This document shows positions 1 to 11,154 of a stretch of DNA of 64,000 nucleotides, one piece after another; positions within the stretch are counted from its first letter, which is position 1; the number at the start of each line of letters is the position of its first letter. Below the pieces are notes generated by a model. That model worked only from the letters and a program-made list of their open reading frames with translations. It searched no databases and was not told the origin of the DNA. The stretch is from positions 2,054 to 66,053 of the forward strand of contig CAVZMQ010000004.1 in NCBI GenBank assembly GCA_963776365.1, read 5' to 3'. Both the position numbers and the translations under genes were made by a program. The stretch is from Candidatus Acidiferrales bacterium. GTDB taxonomy: Bacteria > Acidobacteriota > Terriglobia > Acidiferrales > UBA7541.

Positions 1-879
1 TCCCTGAAATACTCCGAATACGCGATCGTAGAGGTTCAGTTGGAGGCGCCCTTCGAAGGCGACTGGGACGTTTTCTTGGCGCAGACCTCCCGCTGGATGG
101 ATGCGCCAGAAATCGAGCCGGAGGGGCGTGCCGCGGCCGCCAAGCATCTCCAGAAAATCGCCGGAACGGTAATCAAACCCAGGGAAGAGTGGCTCCAGGA
201 GAATTTTCTCGTCGTGGAACTGAACGAAATTCGCGGCGACAACGGGGAAGCGTTGACCGCCGAGCAACTGCTCGCTTCCCACGGCGCCCAGATTGTTCAA
301 CTTATTCGCGGCGAGGCCACGCCGTTGGCGCGCAGCACTGCCGACCGCCTGCTCGAAGGCAGCTTGTCCTACTATCCTTCGGACTTGCTGGTGGTCGCGG
401 CTACCGCGGCGTTCGTCTACGACCGTCCGGAAGAGGCGGCCTGGACCGTTCAAATTCTCGAATACGCAAAAATGCAATTGCTGGAGTTTCGCTACTACGA
501 TAATTTCATGACCCGCGTGCTCAGTGATGTGTACAACACCTTGGACCGCAAGAAAAATGTCTTGCTCTCGCGATGGACGCTCCCCGGCGAAGCCAATCGT
601 TTAAACACGATCCGGTTGGACGTCATGGAGTTGACTGAGCGCATTGATAATGCCGTGAAATTCGTAAGCGATACCTTTTACGCGCGTGCCTACCGCCTGG
701 CGGCAGCTCGCGTGGGCGTTGCCGAATATCGCGATTTGGTCGAGAAAAAATTACAAACGGCTGGCGAATTGTACGGCTTCATGATGGCGCAGTTCAATGA
801 GGCGCGATTATTTTTGTTGGAGGCGGCCATCACGGTGTTGTGCCTGTTGGATGTATTGCTATTGTTGCGGGGAAGATAA
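1..879 (+). CDS. Conserved hypothetical protein with C-terminal hydrophobic helix (RMD1/DUF155- or CorA-like architecture), 5' end outside window
   Basis: Frame 1 is open from base 1 (SLKYSEY...) to TAA 877-879; helical C-terminus ends in a TM-like segment (FLLEAAITVLCLLDVLLLL). Confidence 0.65.
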   Translation, partial: SLKYSEYAIVEVQLEAPFEGDWDVFLAQTSRWMDAPEIEPEGRAAAAKHLQKIAGTVIKPREEWLQENFLVVELNEIRGDNGEALTAEQLLASHGAQIVQLIRGEATPLARSTADRLLEGSLSYYPSDLLVVAATAAFVYDRPEEAAWTVQILEYAKMQLLEFRYYDNFMTRVLSDVYNTLDRKKNVLLSRWTLPGEANRLNTIRLDVMELTERIDNAVKFVSDTFYARAYRLAAARVGVAEYRDLVEKKLQTAGELYGFMMAQFNEARLFLLEAAITVLCLLDVLLLLRGR

Positions 880-917
880 AAAGCTAACCGCGTAGAGCGG
901 TCTCCAAAGGGGGCTCA

Positions 918-1235
918 ATGCGTGTGACCATTGCGCACAAGAAGACGAAGGCGGAAGTGAAGGACACCGTCGACCGCACCTTCGACAAAATGTTCGAGGG
1001 CGCGGGCGGCATGCCCGTGCAGGTGGAGGTGCAGCAGAAGGGTTGGAACGGAGATGTGCTGACTTTTGCGGTCATCGCTAAAATGGCATTTATGAGCACG
1101 CCCATCAAGGGAACCGTCGAAGTGACCGAGCGCGATGTCACCGTGGATGCCGATCTGGGTATTCTCGGAAACCTTGTAGGTGGAAAAAAAGCTCAGGAAA
1201 TTGTGGAGAAGCAGGTCAGAGGCTTTTTGAATTAA
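918..1235 (+). CDS. Polyhydroxyalkanoic acid system family small protein
   Basis: 105 aa, GGGG RBS-like sequence upstream; pattern typical of the family (W.GD.LTF...IKGTVEV....V.VDADL). Confidence 0.7.
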   Translation: MRVTIAHKKTKAEVKDTVDRTFDKMFEGAGGMPVQVEVQQKGWNGDVLTFAVIAKMAFMSTPIKGTVEVTERDVTVDADLGILGNLVGGKKAQEIVEKQVRGFLN

Positions 1236-1462
1236 ACATGTTCCTTATCGGGACGTCCTTCCGCGGCCGTCCGTCACCCGACCCTTCCACCCCCCCGTAT
1301 CGTCTGCAGCCTCCATCGGTATTCCAGGGGCATCGCAACCGGCCCTCCCCGGAAGGCGCACTCCACCCGCATAAAATGCGGCTGAATGTACACCACGAAC
1401 TGGCCGCTGCCTGTTGACTCGAAGGTAAAGGAAAGCTACGATGCCGCCAAGGTTCCGGGGTA

Positions 1463-4099
1463 ATGGTCGAAGGAAAATTTGCTCACTATGTAGTGCTGGA
1501 CCAGGCCGGCGCGGGGGCGATGGGTGTGGTTTATCGCGCCCGCGATGAGCGGCTACAGCGCGAAGTCGCCTTGAAAATCCCGGTGGAAGGCGCAGTTCTG
1601 ACGGAGGCGTTGCGCGAGAAGTGGTTGGCGGAAGCTCGCGCCGCATCAGGACTCAATCATCCAAACATCTGCACCATCTATGAAGTCGGCGAGTACGAGG
1701 GTCAGCCGTACATCGCCATGGAATACCTGCCTGGGCGTCCACTGAACGCCTGCATCCCCGACGATGGATTACCCACAGAAACGGTGCTGGAGTATGGAGC
1801 GGAAATCGCCAGCGCGCTGGAGCACGCGCATAGCCACAATGTGCTGCACCGGGATCTGAAGTCGGCGAACGTGCGCAAGTCCGCGAACGGCCAAGTAAAA
1901 GTGTTGGATTTTGGCCTGGCTGCCAGCCTCAAGGACAAACCCCTCGAGGGCGCCACCGATTCCAAGGCCACCGATACAGGCGGAGCGCCCGGTACACTCG
2001 CGTATTTGGCCCCGGAAGTTTTGACCGGAACGCCGGCGGACGCCCGCGCCGATATCTGGGCGTTGGGCGTGCTCCTATACGAGATGGCTTCGCGCGCCCA
2101 CCCGTTTCCAGGGCGCACCACCTACGAACTCTGTAGCGCCATTTTGAAAGAAGCTCCGCGGCCGTTGCCCATGCATGTGCCGCCAGGTTTGCGCGCCATT
2201 ATTTTGCGCTGTCTGGCCAAGCAGCCGGAACAGCGCTACCAACATGCTGGCGAAGTCAAAGCAGCGCTGGAGGCCCTGCATTCCAATGGCGGCATGATGG
2301 CCTCGGTGGCCGCTGCTGCGGCGGGTGCCGCATTCACCGAAAAGAATACCAATAGCCACGCTAAAACTGTTAGCGCGCGGCACGCACACCTGGCGAGCTA
2401 CTTATTGATGGCGGGCGGCCTTCTCGCTTTGATTGCCGCCGGCATTTATTTCATGGTTGGCGCCACGCCGAAAGTGGGCAGGCCCGAGCCAGGCGGGAAA
2501 TTGCGCCAGTTGCTGGCCACCCAGAAAACTATTTTAGGTCCGGCGCTTTCTCCTGATGGGAAGATGCTGGCGTATATGGAGGAAGGCGAGAACGGAGACG
2601 ATTTGTATTTGACGCGGGTGGCGGGCGGAGAGCGGATGAGGTTGACGAAGGAGGTATCGTACAAAGGCGAGCCAGTGTTTTCGCCGGATGGGGAGAAGGT
2701 CGCGTTCGCGCGAAAACTCCCGGGAGAAGACGAAGGAGAGATTTGCACCATTGCGACGCTGGGCGGCGAGATTACCACGGTGATCAAGGGCGGGTCGATG
2801 CCCGCATGGTCGCCGGACGGTACCCGCTTGACATTTGTGCGTGGGAAAGCGGGAGAGCCGGAAACGCTGGCGATTGTGGCCATCGATGGATCGGAATTGC
2901 GGACCATCGTGGCGGGCGATGCCATTTATCCGTTCTTGGGAAGGCCCGCGTGGTCTCCCGATGGCCACACCATTGCCGTGGCGCGCAGCCGTGGCGGAGA
3001 TAGCCGCGACATTTGGCTGGTGGGCGTGGCTGGCGGAAGCGCAACGCTGCTGACGCACGGCACCCCGGGAGAATCCGACGATATGCCGGTGTTTGCCGCC
3101 GACGGACAGGGGCTGGTGGTTCGCTCGAACCGGCGCGGGGCGCGCAATATCTGGTATCTGGACTTGAGCGGGAAGGGAGCGACACAGCTAACCACCGGCG
3201 CAGGGCCAGACTCAACGCCAAGCGTGGCGCGCGACGGCTCCATGGCCTTTCTGAATTCGCGAACGCGCTATGTGCTGGTGCTGTATGAACTAGCGACAGC
3301 ACGTAGCAAAACGCTTCTGGCGGACGCGGGAATTTTGTGGGCTCCCGCTTTTTCGCCCGACGCCAAGGAAGTGGCGTACTCCCGGGGCGAGCCCGACGGT
3401 GCCTGGCACCTGTGGACGGTGCCGGCCGATGGAGGCATGGCGCGGCAGTTGACCTCGGGGAAGTTGCTGGAGATCTATGGACGCTATGCACCCGATGGAC
3501 AAGAAATTATCTATAGCACCTGGGGGCCGGAGCCCTTGACCATAGGGAAAGTGTCGCGGGTCGGGGGAGCGACGCGAGCGTTGGCGCCGAAAGCGACCAC
3601 CAGCGATTCCTACGCGGATATTTCATCGGATGGCAAGTGGGTGGTGTTTGCGCGCACCGAAAATAAGGCGTCGCACTTATATGTGCGCGCGTCAGATGGA
3701 ACCGGCGAGGCCCGGCGCGTCGGAACCGTCGAAGGAACCGTGCCCCGCTGGTCCCCGGATGGAAAGTGGATTGCCTTCAGTCCCAACCGCGGATTCCGGG
3801 ATGGCGTCTTTATCGTCCATGCCGATGGCAGCGGATTGCAACGCGTAGCCGAACGCGGTGGCTGGCCGGTATGGTGGCCCAAGGGCAATCAGATTGGTAT
3901 GCAAACCGTGGGACCAGAGGGGAATACCGAGTTCACCGTGGTCACGCTCAAGACCGGAGAGTCGCGGGTGTTGCCGGGTCTGAAGTTGCAGGGCACCAAT
4001 TTTCCTTTTGACGTGTCCAAGGATGGCAAATGGTTGGTGACCACCAATTCCGTGGATGAGTCCAACGAGATTTGGCTGCTGGAAGGCGAGCCAAAGTGA
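1463..4099 (+). CDS. Ser/Thr protein kinase with TM helix and TolB/PD40 beta-propeller repeats
   Basis: GAGAMGVVY, VALK, HRDLKSANV, DFG, GTLAYLAPE motifs; TM at about aa 310-335; repeated WSPDG/FSPDG motifs. Confidence 0.95.
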   Translation: MVEGKFAHYVVLDQAGAGAMGVVYRARDERLQREVALKIPVEGAVLTEALREKWLAEARAASGLNHPNICTIYEVGEYEGQPYIAMEYLPGRPLNACIPDDGLPTETVLEYGAEIASALEHAHSHNVLHRDLKSANVRKSANGQVKVLDFGLAASLKDKPLEGATDSKATDTGGAPGTLAYLAPEVLTGTPADARADIWALGVLLYEMASRAHPFPGRTTYELCSAILKEAPRPLPMHVPPGLRAIILRCLAKQPEQRYQHAGEVKAALEALHSNGGMMASVAAAAAGAAFTEKNTNSHAKTVSARHAHLASYLLMAGGLLALIAAGIYFMVGATPKVGRPEPGGKLRQLLATQKTILGPALSPDGKMLAYMEEGENGDDLYLTRVAGGERMRLTKEVSYKGEPVFSPDGEKVAFARKLPGEDEGEICTIATLGGEITTVIKGGSMPAWSPDGTRLTFVRGKAGEPETLAIVAIDGSELRTIVAGDAIYPFLGRPAWSPDGHTIAVARSRGGDSRDIWLVGVAGGSATLLTHGTPGESDDMPVFAADGQGLVVRSNRRGARNIWYLDLSGKGATQLTTGAGPDSTPSVARDGSMAFLNSRTRYVLVLYELATARSKTLLADAGILWAPAFSPDAKEVAYSRGEPDGAWHLWTVPADGGMARQLTSGKLLEIYGRYAPDGQEIIYSTWGPEPLTIGKVSRVGGATRALAPKATTSDSYADISSDGKWVVFARTENKASHLYVRASDGTGEARRVGTVEGTVPRWSPDGKWIAFSPNRGFRDGVFIVHADGSGLQRVAERGGWPVWWPKGNQIGMQTVGPEGNTEFTVVTLKTGESRVLPGLKLQGTNFPFDVSKDGKWLVTTNSVDESNEIWLLEGEPK

Positions 4100-4332
4100 C
4101 CGGGACCCAGTTGCGCAAAGGCCTCTGAGGTTGTTCTTCGGTTTCCCTTCCCGTGTTTTCTGTGACTCGATGTCTCCCGCTCCTTGAACCCCCAGGTTTT
4201 AACTTCAAACTTTGAACTCTTAACTCTGAGCGGCACTCGCGGCCGCTCCGCGCGTGTTGAACCTCGGTGATAATGTCCCCTTTTGTCCTCGATAGAAATG
4301 TCCCCATAAGCTGACTCCTTGCGGAGGTCAGC

Positions 4333-5655
4333 TTGAGGCGGACGGAGATGAGCAAGCGAGAGTTGGCAAGGGTAGAAGTTCTGGCTCGGGTGCGAAGCAA
4401 GCAACTGCGGGTGGTCGATGCCGGGCGGCTGATGCGGGTGAGCTACCGACAAGCGAAGCGACTGTGGAAGCGCTATCGCGAGGAAGGGGCTGCCGGGCTG
4501 CAGCACCGCAGCGCGGGGCGGCCTTCGAATCACGGTCACGAGAAGAAGTTTCGGCAGAAGGTGCTCGGGCTGGTGCGGGAGAAGTACGGGGGAGAGGTGG
4601 GCGAACGGTTTGGGCCGACGCTGGCCGCCGAGCACTTGGCGGCTGAGGATAGATTGCAGGTCGATGCCGAAACACTGCGACGCTGGATGCTGGCCGAAGG
4701 TTTATGGAGTCGGGAGCGGAGGAGGAGGCGCCATCGGCGGCGGCGCGACCGCAAGGAACATTTTGGGGAGATGGTGCAGATGGACGGAAGTTTTCACGCC
4801 TGGCTGGAGGAGCGTGGACCGGAGGGGTGCCTGATCGACATGGTCGATGACGCCACCAACAAGACGTGGGCGCAACTGGGGGAGCAAGAGACGATCTGGG
4901 CGGTGGCGGATGCGCTGCGAGCGTGGATCGAGCGCTACGGGGTGCCGCAGGCGCTGTACGTGGATTGGAAGAACTTGTACAAGCGGCCGGCGAATGCAGG
5001 GGAGCGGTTGCGTGGAGAAGAGCCGGTGACGCAGTTTGGACGGATGTGCGCGAAGTTGGGGATCACGCTGATTGCCGCGAATTCCCCGCAAGCCAAGGGG
5101 CGAGTGGAACGCCAGCACGGCACCCATCAGGATCGCTTGGTGAAGAAGCTACGCCGGAGGGGGATTTACAGTTACGAGGGGAGCAACGTTTTTCTGGAGC
5201 GGGAGTATTTGCCGGAACACAACGAGCGTTTCGCACGGGGCGCAGCGCGGCCGGAGGACTATCACCGTAAGGCACCGTGCGCGGCGGAACTGGAGCGGAT
5301 CTTTCGACTGGAGAGTGAACGCACGGTCAGTGACGATTGGGTGGTGCGGTACGACAACCGTTTTTTCCAACTGGAACCGCAGAGCGGGCACATCGTGCCG
5401 GCGCGGAGCAAAGTGTGGGTATGCGAGGGGCGGTACGGCAGGATGAGCATCGAGTCTGGAGGGCGTGCGTTGCGCTGGCGGGAGATTGCCGCGCCAGCAC
5501 CGCCGCAGGGTCTGGAGACAGCAGCCCGCCCGGCGACCCCACGGGTGCCGATTTCGGTGAAGAAACGGAAGTGGACGCCGCCGCCCAGCCATCCGTGGCA
5601 TGAACCGCCCCGCCCGAAGGTGCAGAAGCGAGCCAGGAGGCTAGCGGCCAGCTAA
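4333..5655 (+). CDS. DDE (rve) transposase with N-terminal HTH, IS1202/ISNCY family
   Basis: HTH region, QMDGS.H.W, VDDAT, LYVD, SPQAKGRVER motifs. Confidence 0.92.
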   Translation: MRRTEMSKRELARVEVLARVRSKQLRVVDAGRLMRVSYRQAKRLWKRYREEGAAGLQHRSAGRPSNHGHEKKFRQKVLGLVREKYGGEVGERFGPTLAAEHLAAEDRLQVDAETLRRWMLAEGLWSRERRRRRHRRRRDRKEHFGEMVQMDGSFHAWLEERGPEGCLIDMVDDATNKTWAQLGEQETIWAVADALRAWIERYGVPQALYVDWKNLYKRPANAGERLRGEEPVTQFGRMCAKLGITLIAANSPQAKGRVERQHGTHQDRLVKKLRRRGIYSYEGSNVFLEREYLPEHNERFARGAARPEDYHRKAPCAAELERIFRLESERTVSDDWVVRYDNRFFQLEPQSGHIVPARSKVWVCEGRYGRMSIESGGRALRWREIAAPAPPQGLETAARPATPRVPISVKKRKWTPPPSHPWHEPPRPKVQKRARRLAAS

Positions 5656-5665
5656 CCGCGGCCGT

Positions 5666-5744
5666 CGTTGGCTTGGCCCTACGCTTGGCCCTAAGCGCTC
5701 CGCCCTACGGGCTACGCAGGGCGGCGCTCCGGGCCAAGCCAACG
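5666..5744. repeat. Nested stem-loop in the IS 3' non-coding region
   Basis: Perfect 14-bp inverted repeat CGTTGGCTTGGCCC / GGGCCAAGCCAACG enclosing a second hairpin (CCGCCCT...AGGGCGG). Confidence 0.8.
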
Positions 5745-5977
5745 GATCGGAAAAACCGGGATCCCGTAAGTCGACCGAGAAAAGGATCGTCGTTCCTGGG
5801 GCATCCTGAAGCGAGATTTTTGAGAAAACAACCATAGGAAGCAAAAAGAGGCAGACAACAAAAAAAGGGGACATTTCTATTGAGGTAAGGAAGGGGACAT
5901 TTCTAAAGAGCTTTGACATCGTCAGTTCGGTTCGTTGACTTGGCATATTTCGCACTCTCCCCAGAAACTCCGGTGTC

Positions 5978-7439
5978 TTAGGCAGCTTGAGCTTCGACAA
6001 CGCGAAATCCAAGCTTGGTGGCTTTCCACTTGAGCTGCTTGATCTGTAGTTGGCGGTGTTGAGCTTGGTAGAGTAGCGCTCCTTTGTCCACGTATTTCAT
6101 TCCGTAGCGCAGCATGCGGTAGACCAAGCGGGCCAGTTTGGCGGCCATGGCCTTGATCGCGATGGGGCCACCCAGCTTGGTCCTTAGACGTCGGAACTGT
6201 GCTCCCAGATAGGTATTGCTTAACCGCAAGCTGCTGGCCGCCATCTTTAAAGCGATGGTCACCCTGTTGTTGGTTCGCAGCCGCCCTTTTCCAATGATCC
6301 GGTCACCACTGATGCGATTGTCCGGGCACAGGCGCAACCAGGAAACAAAATGGTCCTCGGTTTTCCATTTGCTCATATCCCATCCCGCTTCGCTAAGGAT
6401 GGTGGTCGCGGTCATGACATCGATGCTGTCGATCCGGGTCAGGTCCGTACCGCTCATGCGAAACAACCCTTCCCGCAAGTCGAACTGTGGCGCATTCCCC
6501 TTCTTCTTCCTGCGTCGTCCCTTGCGCTTTTCTTCCGGCAAAGGTGCACTTTGGCTCCGATTCTCTCGCTGCTGGAGATACTGCTGCGAGTTGGTGATCG
6601 CACTCGGCCATCTGCTTTTGACAAAACTCGTAACCATCCTGTTCCTGCTTCAGCACAAACAGCAAATCTAGTTGCCAGTTGCCTTCCAGACTTTGCGCGA
6701 TCTGCTCCTCGCTGGCTTTCACCCGAAGATCTCGCAGTGCCGCCAGCTTATGGGGATCGCGTTCGCCTTTCAGAATGGCCTTAATGATCGCTTGTCCGGT
6801 CATTCCGCTCACATCGCTCAATACATTGGCCAGCTGAATATTCATCTGCGTCAGCGCCTTCTGCATCCGCTGGATGTGTCGGCCCGCACTGCGCACTAGA
6901 TCATTCCGTTGCCGCCAGTAAGTCCGCATCATGCGAATCTCCTGCGACGGTCGAAACGAATTTCGCAACAATCCATAAGTGTGCAGCTTCATCAGCCACT
7001 GACTCTCCTGTACGTCGCTTTTGCGCCCGGGCAGATTCTTCGTGTCTCGGGCATTCACCAGGTACACTTCTAAACCTGCTTGCTCCAGAATGTCGTATAC
7101 GGCGACCCAATAGACTCCAGTGGATTGCATCGCCACGGTCTGGATCCGGCATTGCTTGAGCCACTCGGCCATCGCTTGCAATTCCCCAGTGGTGCACCCG
7201 AATCGTCGCACCGGTTGGCTATCGCGTGTCGACGGTACCGCTACGTAGTGGGATTCGTTGCCGATATCGATGCCTGCGGCATCGGGGTGCACGACCTCCA
7301 GGCTGAGGTCTTGGCTCTGAATCTTGCGCGTCAGCTCCCGTCGTTGCTTGCGGTTCATTTCCTCCCAGTGGTGTGTTCGCGGTTTAGTTATTTTCTCGGT
7401 TTTCTCCTGTGGTTTGGGTTTCATGCTAACCTTCTCCAT
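5978..7439 (-). pseudogene. IS110 family transposase with one frameshift near 6588
   Basis: N-terminal DEDD domain (AAGIDIG, MQSTGVYW, KSDVQES) in ORF 6393-7439; C-terminal IS110 domain (SWLRLCP...ISG, AMAAKLARLVY) in ORF 5978-6637; one extra base at DHQL/QQYL. Confidence 0.9.
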
Positions 7440-7667
7440 GGTGAATTCAACAGGGCCCGGCCCGGGTGGCGAAACTCATCCAATCTCCCCATCGGGGTGG
7501 GGTCGTTCTCCTTTTCAGGACAACACCCGCCACCATCCACACAATCGCCAATACCGGAGCCACGCTAAGATTCGGGCAGAAACGCTCCAAGGTAAAAACG
7601 GCCTTAACTGCCGAGCCATGTCGTGCCCCGCATTGTAGCTGCACTACTCAACCGTCATCGAGCTCTC
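7440..7667 (-). ncRNA. Candidate IS110 bridge RNA in the left non-coding end
   Basis: ~230-nt non-coding region upstream of the transposase, as in IS110 elements; contains TGGGGAGA (7484-7491, minus) identical to the inferred element right end (5957-5964). Confidence 0.5.
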
Positions 7668-7680
7668 TACAGGAGTTTCA

Positions 7681-7726
7681 GGGTCATACAACCACCCCGA
7701 AGGGGTGGCCGGTGCTAAGATGACCC
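7681..7726. repeat. REP-like hairpin beside the IS110 end
   Basis: GGGTCAT...ATGACCC outer arms; inner CCACCCC-TTCG-GGGTGG stem-loop (minus strand). Confidence 0.65.
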
Positions 7727-7730
7727 CACA

Positions 7731-10178
7731 ATGGCGGATTTCGGACCACTCATCGGCCAGACCATTTCGCATTACCGCATCACCGAAAAAATCGGGGGCG
7801 GTGGTATGGGTGTGGTTTATGAGGCGGAAGACCTCAAGTTAGGTCGCCACGTTGCGCTAAAGTTCCTCCCTGACGAACTCGCCCACGACGCGCAAGCACT
7901 TGGCCGTTTTCAGAGGGAAGCCAAAGCTGCTTCATCCTTGAATCATCAGAACATTTGCACCATCTACGAAATCGACGAGGCCAATGGACGAGCGTTCATC
8001 GCCATGGAGTTGCTGGAGGGGAAAACTCTCAAACACCGTATTGCCGGGAAGCCGCTGGCGATCCAACAAGTTCTGGAGTTGGGAATTCAGATTGCCGAGG
8101 CACTGGACGCCGCACATGCAAAAGGCATCATTCATCGTGACATCAAACCAGCCAACATCTTTGTAACGCAGCGTGGACATGCAAAGATTCTTGATTTCGG
8201 CTTGGCGAAATTGGCTCCCGAGCGACACCTTGCCCCTGACGAAGCCTCCGAACTGCCCACCCTCACGGAACAGGAGCATCTCACCAGCCCGGGCACAGCT
8301 CTGGGTACGGTGGCTTATATGTCGCCTGAGCAAGCCCTAGGAAGAGAACTAGATTCTCGCACGGACATCTTTTCGTTTGGCGTGACGCTGTATGAACTTA
8401 CAACCGGACTCCAGCCATTCCGCGGAACGACGGCCGCGGAGGTGTACGATGCCATTTTGCATCGCGTAGCTACTCCTGCGATGCAACGGAATCCGGACAT
8501 TCCCCCCAAGCTGCAAGACGTCATCGAGAAGTGCCTGGAGAAAGATTCAAAACTGCGTTATCAGAGCGCGGCGGAAATAGCCACAGACTTGCGCCGCTTG
8601 AAGCGTGATAGCTCTGTTGGTTGTGAAAGCTCCGCTACCCACGGGAGTCAAATTCGGCAACCTCCAAAGCCGAAACTTGCCCTGCTGGGCACAACCATCG
8701 TAGTGACGTTACTTCTCGTCGCTGGAGTCGCCTGGCGGATCTGGCATTTTTCCAATCCGTCCATTGCGGCTCCTGCACCTACCCCTGCAGTTGCCGTTCC
8801 TGGAATACATTCCTTAGCTGTGCTCCCGTTGAAAAACCTGTCGGGTGACCCCAAGCAAGAATACTTCGCCGATGGAACGACGCTGGAGCTGATCACAACG
8901 CTGACTAAAATCAACAATCTGAGCGTGATCTCCTGGACTTCAGTTCGTGGGTATAAGGACAGCACGAAGACTTTGCCCGAAATCGCAAAAGAGTTGAATA
9001 CGGATGCAGTCATTGATGGGTCAGTGGAGCGCTCCGGTAACCGGGTGAAAATCACCATACAGTTGATCCAGGGGGCCAGCGATCACACCCTGTGGGCGCA
9101 AAGTTACGACCGAGAGTTGCGCGACATCCTGAGCCTGCAGGAAGAAGTGGCTGGTACGATCGCCGAGGAGGTTCGGGTCGCACTGACGCCCCAAGACCGT
9201 GTGCGTCTCTCGGGAGCCCGTCCGGTAGATCCGGAAGCCTATTTACTCTACATGCGAGGTCGCTCAAATCTGCAGCGCTGGACGAAGGACACATGGCGGA
9301 TGGCACGCCAGAGTTTTCACCAGGCGATAGAGAAAGACCCTACCTACGCTCTCGCTTACGCTGGACTGGCGGAGACTTACATCACGGGGGACACGAGCCT
9401 CGATCCGAAGATCAGCGTTCCGCTCGCCCGAGCCGCCGCCGCCAAAGCCCTGGCACTAGACGACACAGTTGGCGACGCTCATGTCGCGTCTGCACAAGTG
9501 AAGTACCAGGAGGATTGGGACTGGAACGGAGCAGAAAAAGAATTTAAGCGTGCTATCGAGCTGAACCCCGGAGATACACTTGCCCATCACCTGTACTCCC
9601 ATCTGCTCTTGGCAATGGGCCGAAACCAGGAATCGCTAAAAGAAAGCGAGCTCTACGTTCGGCTAGACCCCGTTTCGCCCGCTGCTTACGATCATCTCGG
9701 TTTCCATTACGCCGCTGATAGGCAGTTCGAACTGGCAATTGCGGCGTACCGCAAGACCCAATTATTGGACCCGACTTGGGAATCTTCGCATCAGTGGCTT
9801 GGGGATGCCTATCGTCACCAGGGAATGTCTCAGGAAGCTCTGGTCGAATATGAACGGGCCATGGAACTGGACAAAACTAGCTCAGAATTCGTGAGTGCAC
9901 TGCGAAAGGCATTCGAGTCAGAAGGATGGAAGGGCTACTGGGAGAAGACTTTGAGTTCGCGACTGGAAGAGGCTAGGCGCGAGTATGTTTCTCCGAGCGA
10001 TATCGCGATCCTCTATGCGCGATTGGGCGACAAAGAGAATGCCTTTCGCTATCTGGACAAGGCATACGCAAATCACGATGAGGCGTTAACTAACATCAAA
10101 ACCGAGTGCGACTTTGATCTGCTGCACGCAGATCCGCGCTACGCTGCTCTGCTCCGACGAATGGGTTTGCCACAATAA
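7731..10178 (+). CDS. Ser/Thr protein kinase with TM helix, TolB-N-like domain and TPR repeats
   Basis: [26 protein letters not shown]; [11 protein letters not shown]; TPR helices ([30 protein letters not shown]). Confidence 0.95.
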   Translation: MADFGPLIGQTISHYRITEKIGGGGMGVVYEAEDLKLGRHVALKFLPDELAHDAQALGRFQREAKAASSLNHQNICTIYEIDEANGRAFIAMELLEGKTLKHRIAGKPLAIQQVLELGIQIAEALDAAHAKGIIHRDIKPANIFVTQRGHAKILDFGLAKLAPERHLAPDEASELPTLTEQEHLTSPGTALGTVAYMSPEQALGRELDSRTDIFSFGVTLYELTTGLQPFRGTTAAEVYDAILHRVATPAMQRNPDIPPKLQDVIEKCLEKDSKLRYQSAAEIATDLRRLKRDSSVGCESSATHGSQIRQPPKPKLALLGTTIVVTLLLVAGVAWRIWHFSNPSIAAPAPTPAVAVPGIHSLAVLPLKNLSGDPKQEYFADGTTLELITTLTKINNLSVISWTSVRGYKDSTKTLPEIAKELNTDAVIDGSVERSGNRVKITIQLIQGASDHTLWAQSYDRELRDILSLQEEVAGTIAEEVRVALTPQDRVRLSGARPVDPEAYLLYMRGRSNLQRWTKDTWRMARQSFHQAIEKDPTYALAYAGLAETYITGDTSLDPKISVPLARAAAAKALALDDTVGDAHVASAQVKYQEDWDWNGAEKEFKRAIELNPGDTLAHHLYSHLLLAMGRNQESLKESELYVRLDPVSPAAYDHLGFHYAADRQFELAIAAYRKTQLLDPTWESSHQWLGDAYRHQGMSQEALVEYERAMELDKTSSEFVSALRKAFESEGWKGYWEKTLSSRLEEARREYVSPSDIAILYARLGDKENAFRYLDKAYANHDEALTNIKTECDFDLLHADPRYAALLRRMGLPQ

Positions 10179-10331
10179 TTCCTCGCGCTCCGAGGATTGA
10201 CCGGATAGCCGACGTGAGTTCGTGAGCTCTTCAACTGCAATTTCACCTGTAAAAATTCAGCTTACACGCATTTTGGCGTACTTAGGCGGTCCTCGTCGCT
10301 TCGCGAGTTGTCGGAAGTTCGCAATCCCGTA

Positions 10332-10379
10332 GCGTTTACACGGTAGAGGTCGATGGTTCGAGCCCCCACGGGCCTGCCA
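10332..10379 (+). pseudogene. Degenerate 3' part of tRNA-Val(TAC), probable att-site scar
   Basis: TTTACAC anticodon loop, GAGGTC, T-loop GGTTCGAGCCC, terminal CCA; no 5' half. Confidence 0.6.
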
Positions 10380-10453
10380 TATCATTGCGATGGACTTAAC
10401 CACGTTTTCAGCACCTCGTTTTTATTCCATTCCGTACCGTTCTCCGTACCGTC

Positions 10454-10600
10454 CTAATTCGGGCGTCTGGTCGTCGGCTGCTCCAGAATTGCATTGAGCA
10501 CCTGCTCCTGCGCTGCGATCCGCTGCTCCATGGGCGATTGCGTATAAAGCTCAAGCGTAGTGGCGGAGCTGCTGTGGCGACCGATCACCTCCTCACGCGT
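10454..10600 (-). pseudogene. C-terminal remnant of a tyrosine integrase
   Basis: HSSSATTLELYTQ resembles the integrase H...T...Y catalytic box; lies next to the tRNA fragment. Confidence 0.55.
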
Positions 10601-10764
10601 CACTGCGAGTAAATCTGGCTTGACTTCGGCCTCAGCGAGCATATCGTATGCGTATCTTGCCGAGCTCATCTAACTTTTCCTCGGCCAGGCTTGATTTGGG
10701 CTCCCGCCCGTAAACAACCTTTGGGACGGCGTTAGGTTCACCTTAAACGCCAGGGAGGTCTACA

Positions 10765-11088
10765 ATGGCCGAAGCGCCGCTGGCAACCCCGGAACTAAGA
10801 CTCGAAGTAGCGGCCACTCCGGAAGAAACTCTTGTCCGATGCATCGGCAAGATGACCTTTACAGGTGCCGGTGCACTACAGGCCGAATTGCGCAGATTAA
10901 TACATGAGACAAAGCGCCTGGTGCTGGACTTGGCAGAAATGACCTATCTGGACAGTTTTGGTCTCGGTGTGCTGGTGGGTGCCCACTTGTCCGCCAAAAG
11001 GCAGCAACGCCAACTGAGGCTCATAAATATGAGTCCGCAGGCGCGGCAACTCGTGCAAGTCACGCATTTGACTTATCTCCTCGAGTGA
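10765..11088 (+). CDS. STAS-domain anti-sigma factor antagonist
   Basis: RBS GGGAGG; LVLDLAEMTYLDSFGLGVLV with the phosphorylatable Ser. Confidence 0.92.
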   Translation: MAEAPLATPELRLEVAATPEETLVRCIGKMTFTGAGALQAELRRLIHETKRLVLDLAEMTYLDSFGLGVLVGAHLSAKRQQRQLRLINMSPQARQLVQVTHLTYLLE

Positions 11089-11154
11089 CACTTCGCGGAA
11101 GTTTGCAAAACGGATTCATGATTCTGCCCTGAGTCGTCGGAACCTAAGCGTCTG

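Larger units (their letters stand above)
4255..5918 (+). mobile_element. IS1202-like (ISNCY) insertion sequence, 1664 bp
   Basis: Ends TGTTGA... (4255) and ...TTTGACA (5918); each end has two copies of (A)AATGTCCCC in inverted orientation; no TSD seen. Confidence 0.8.
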
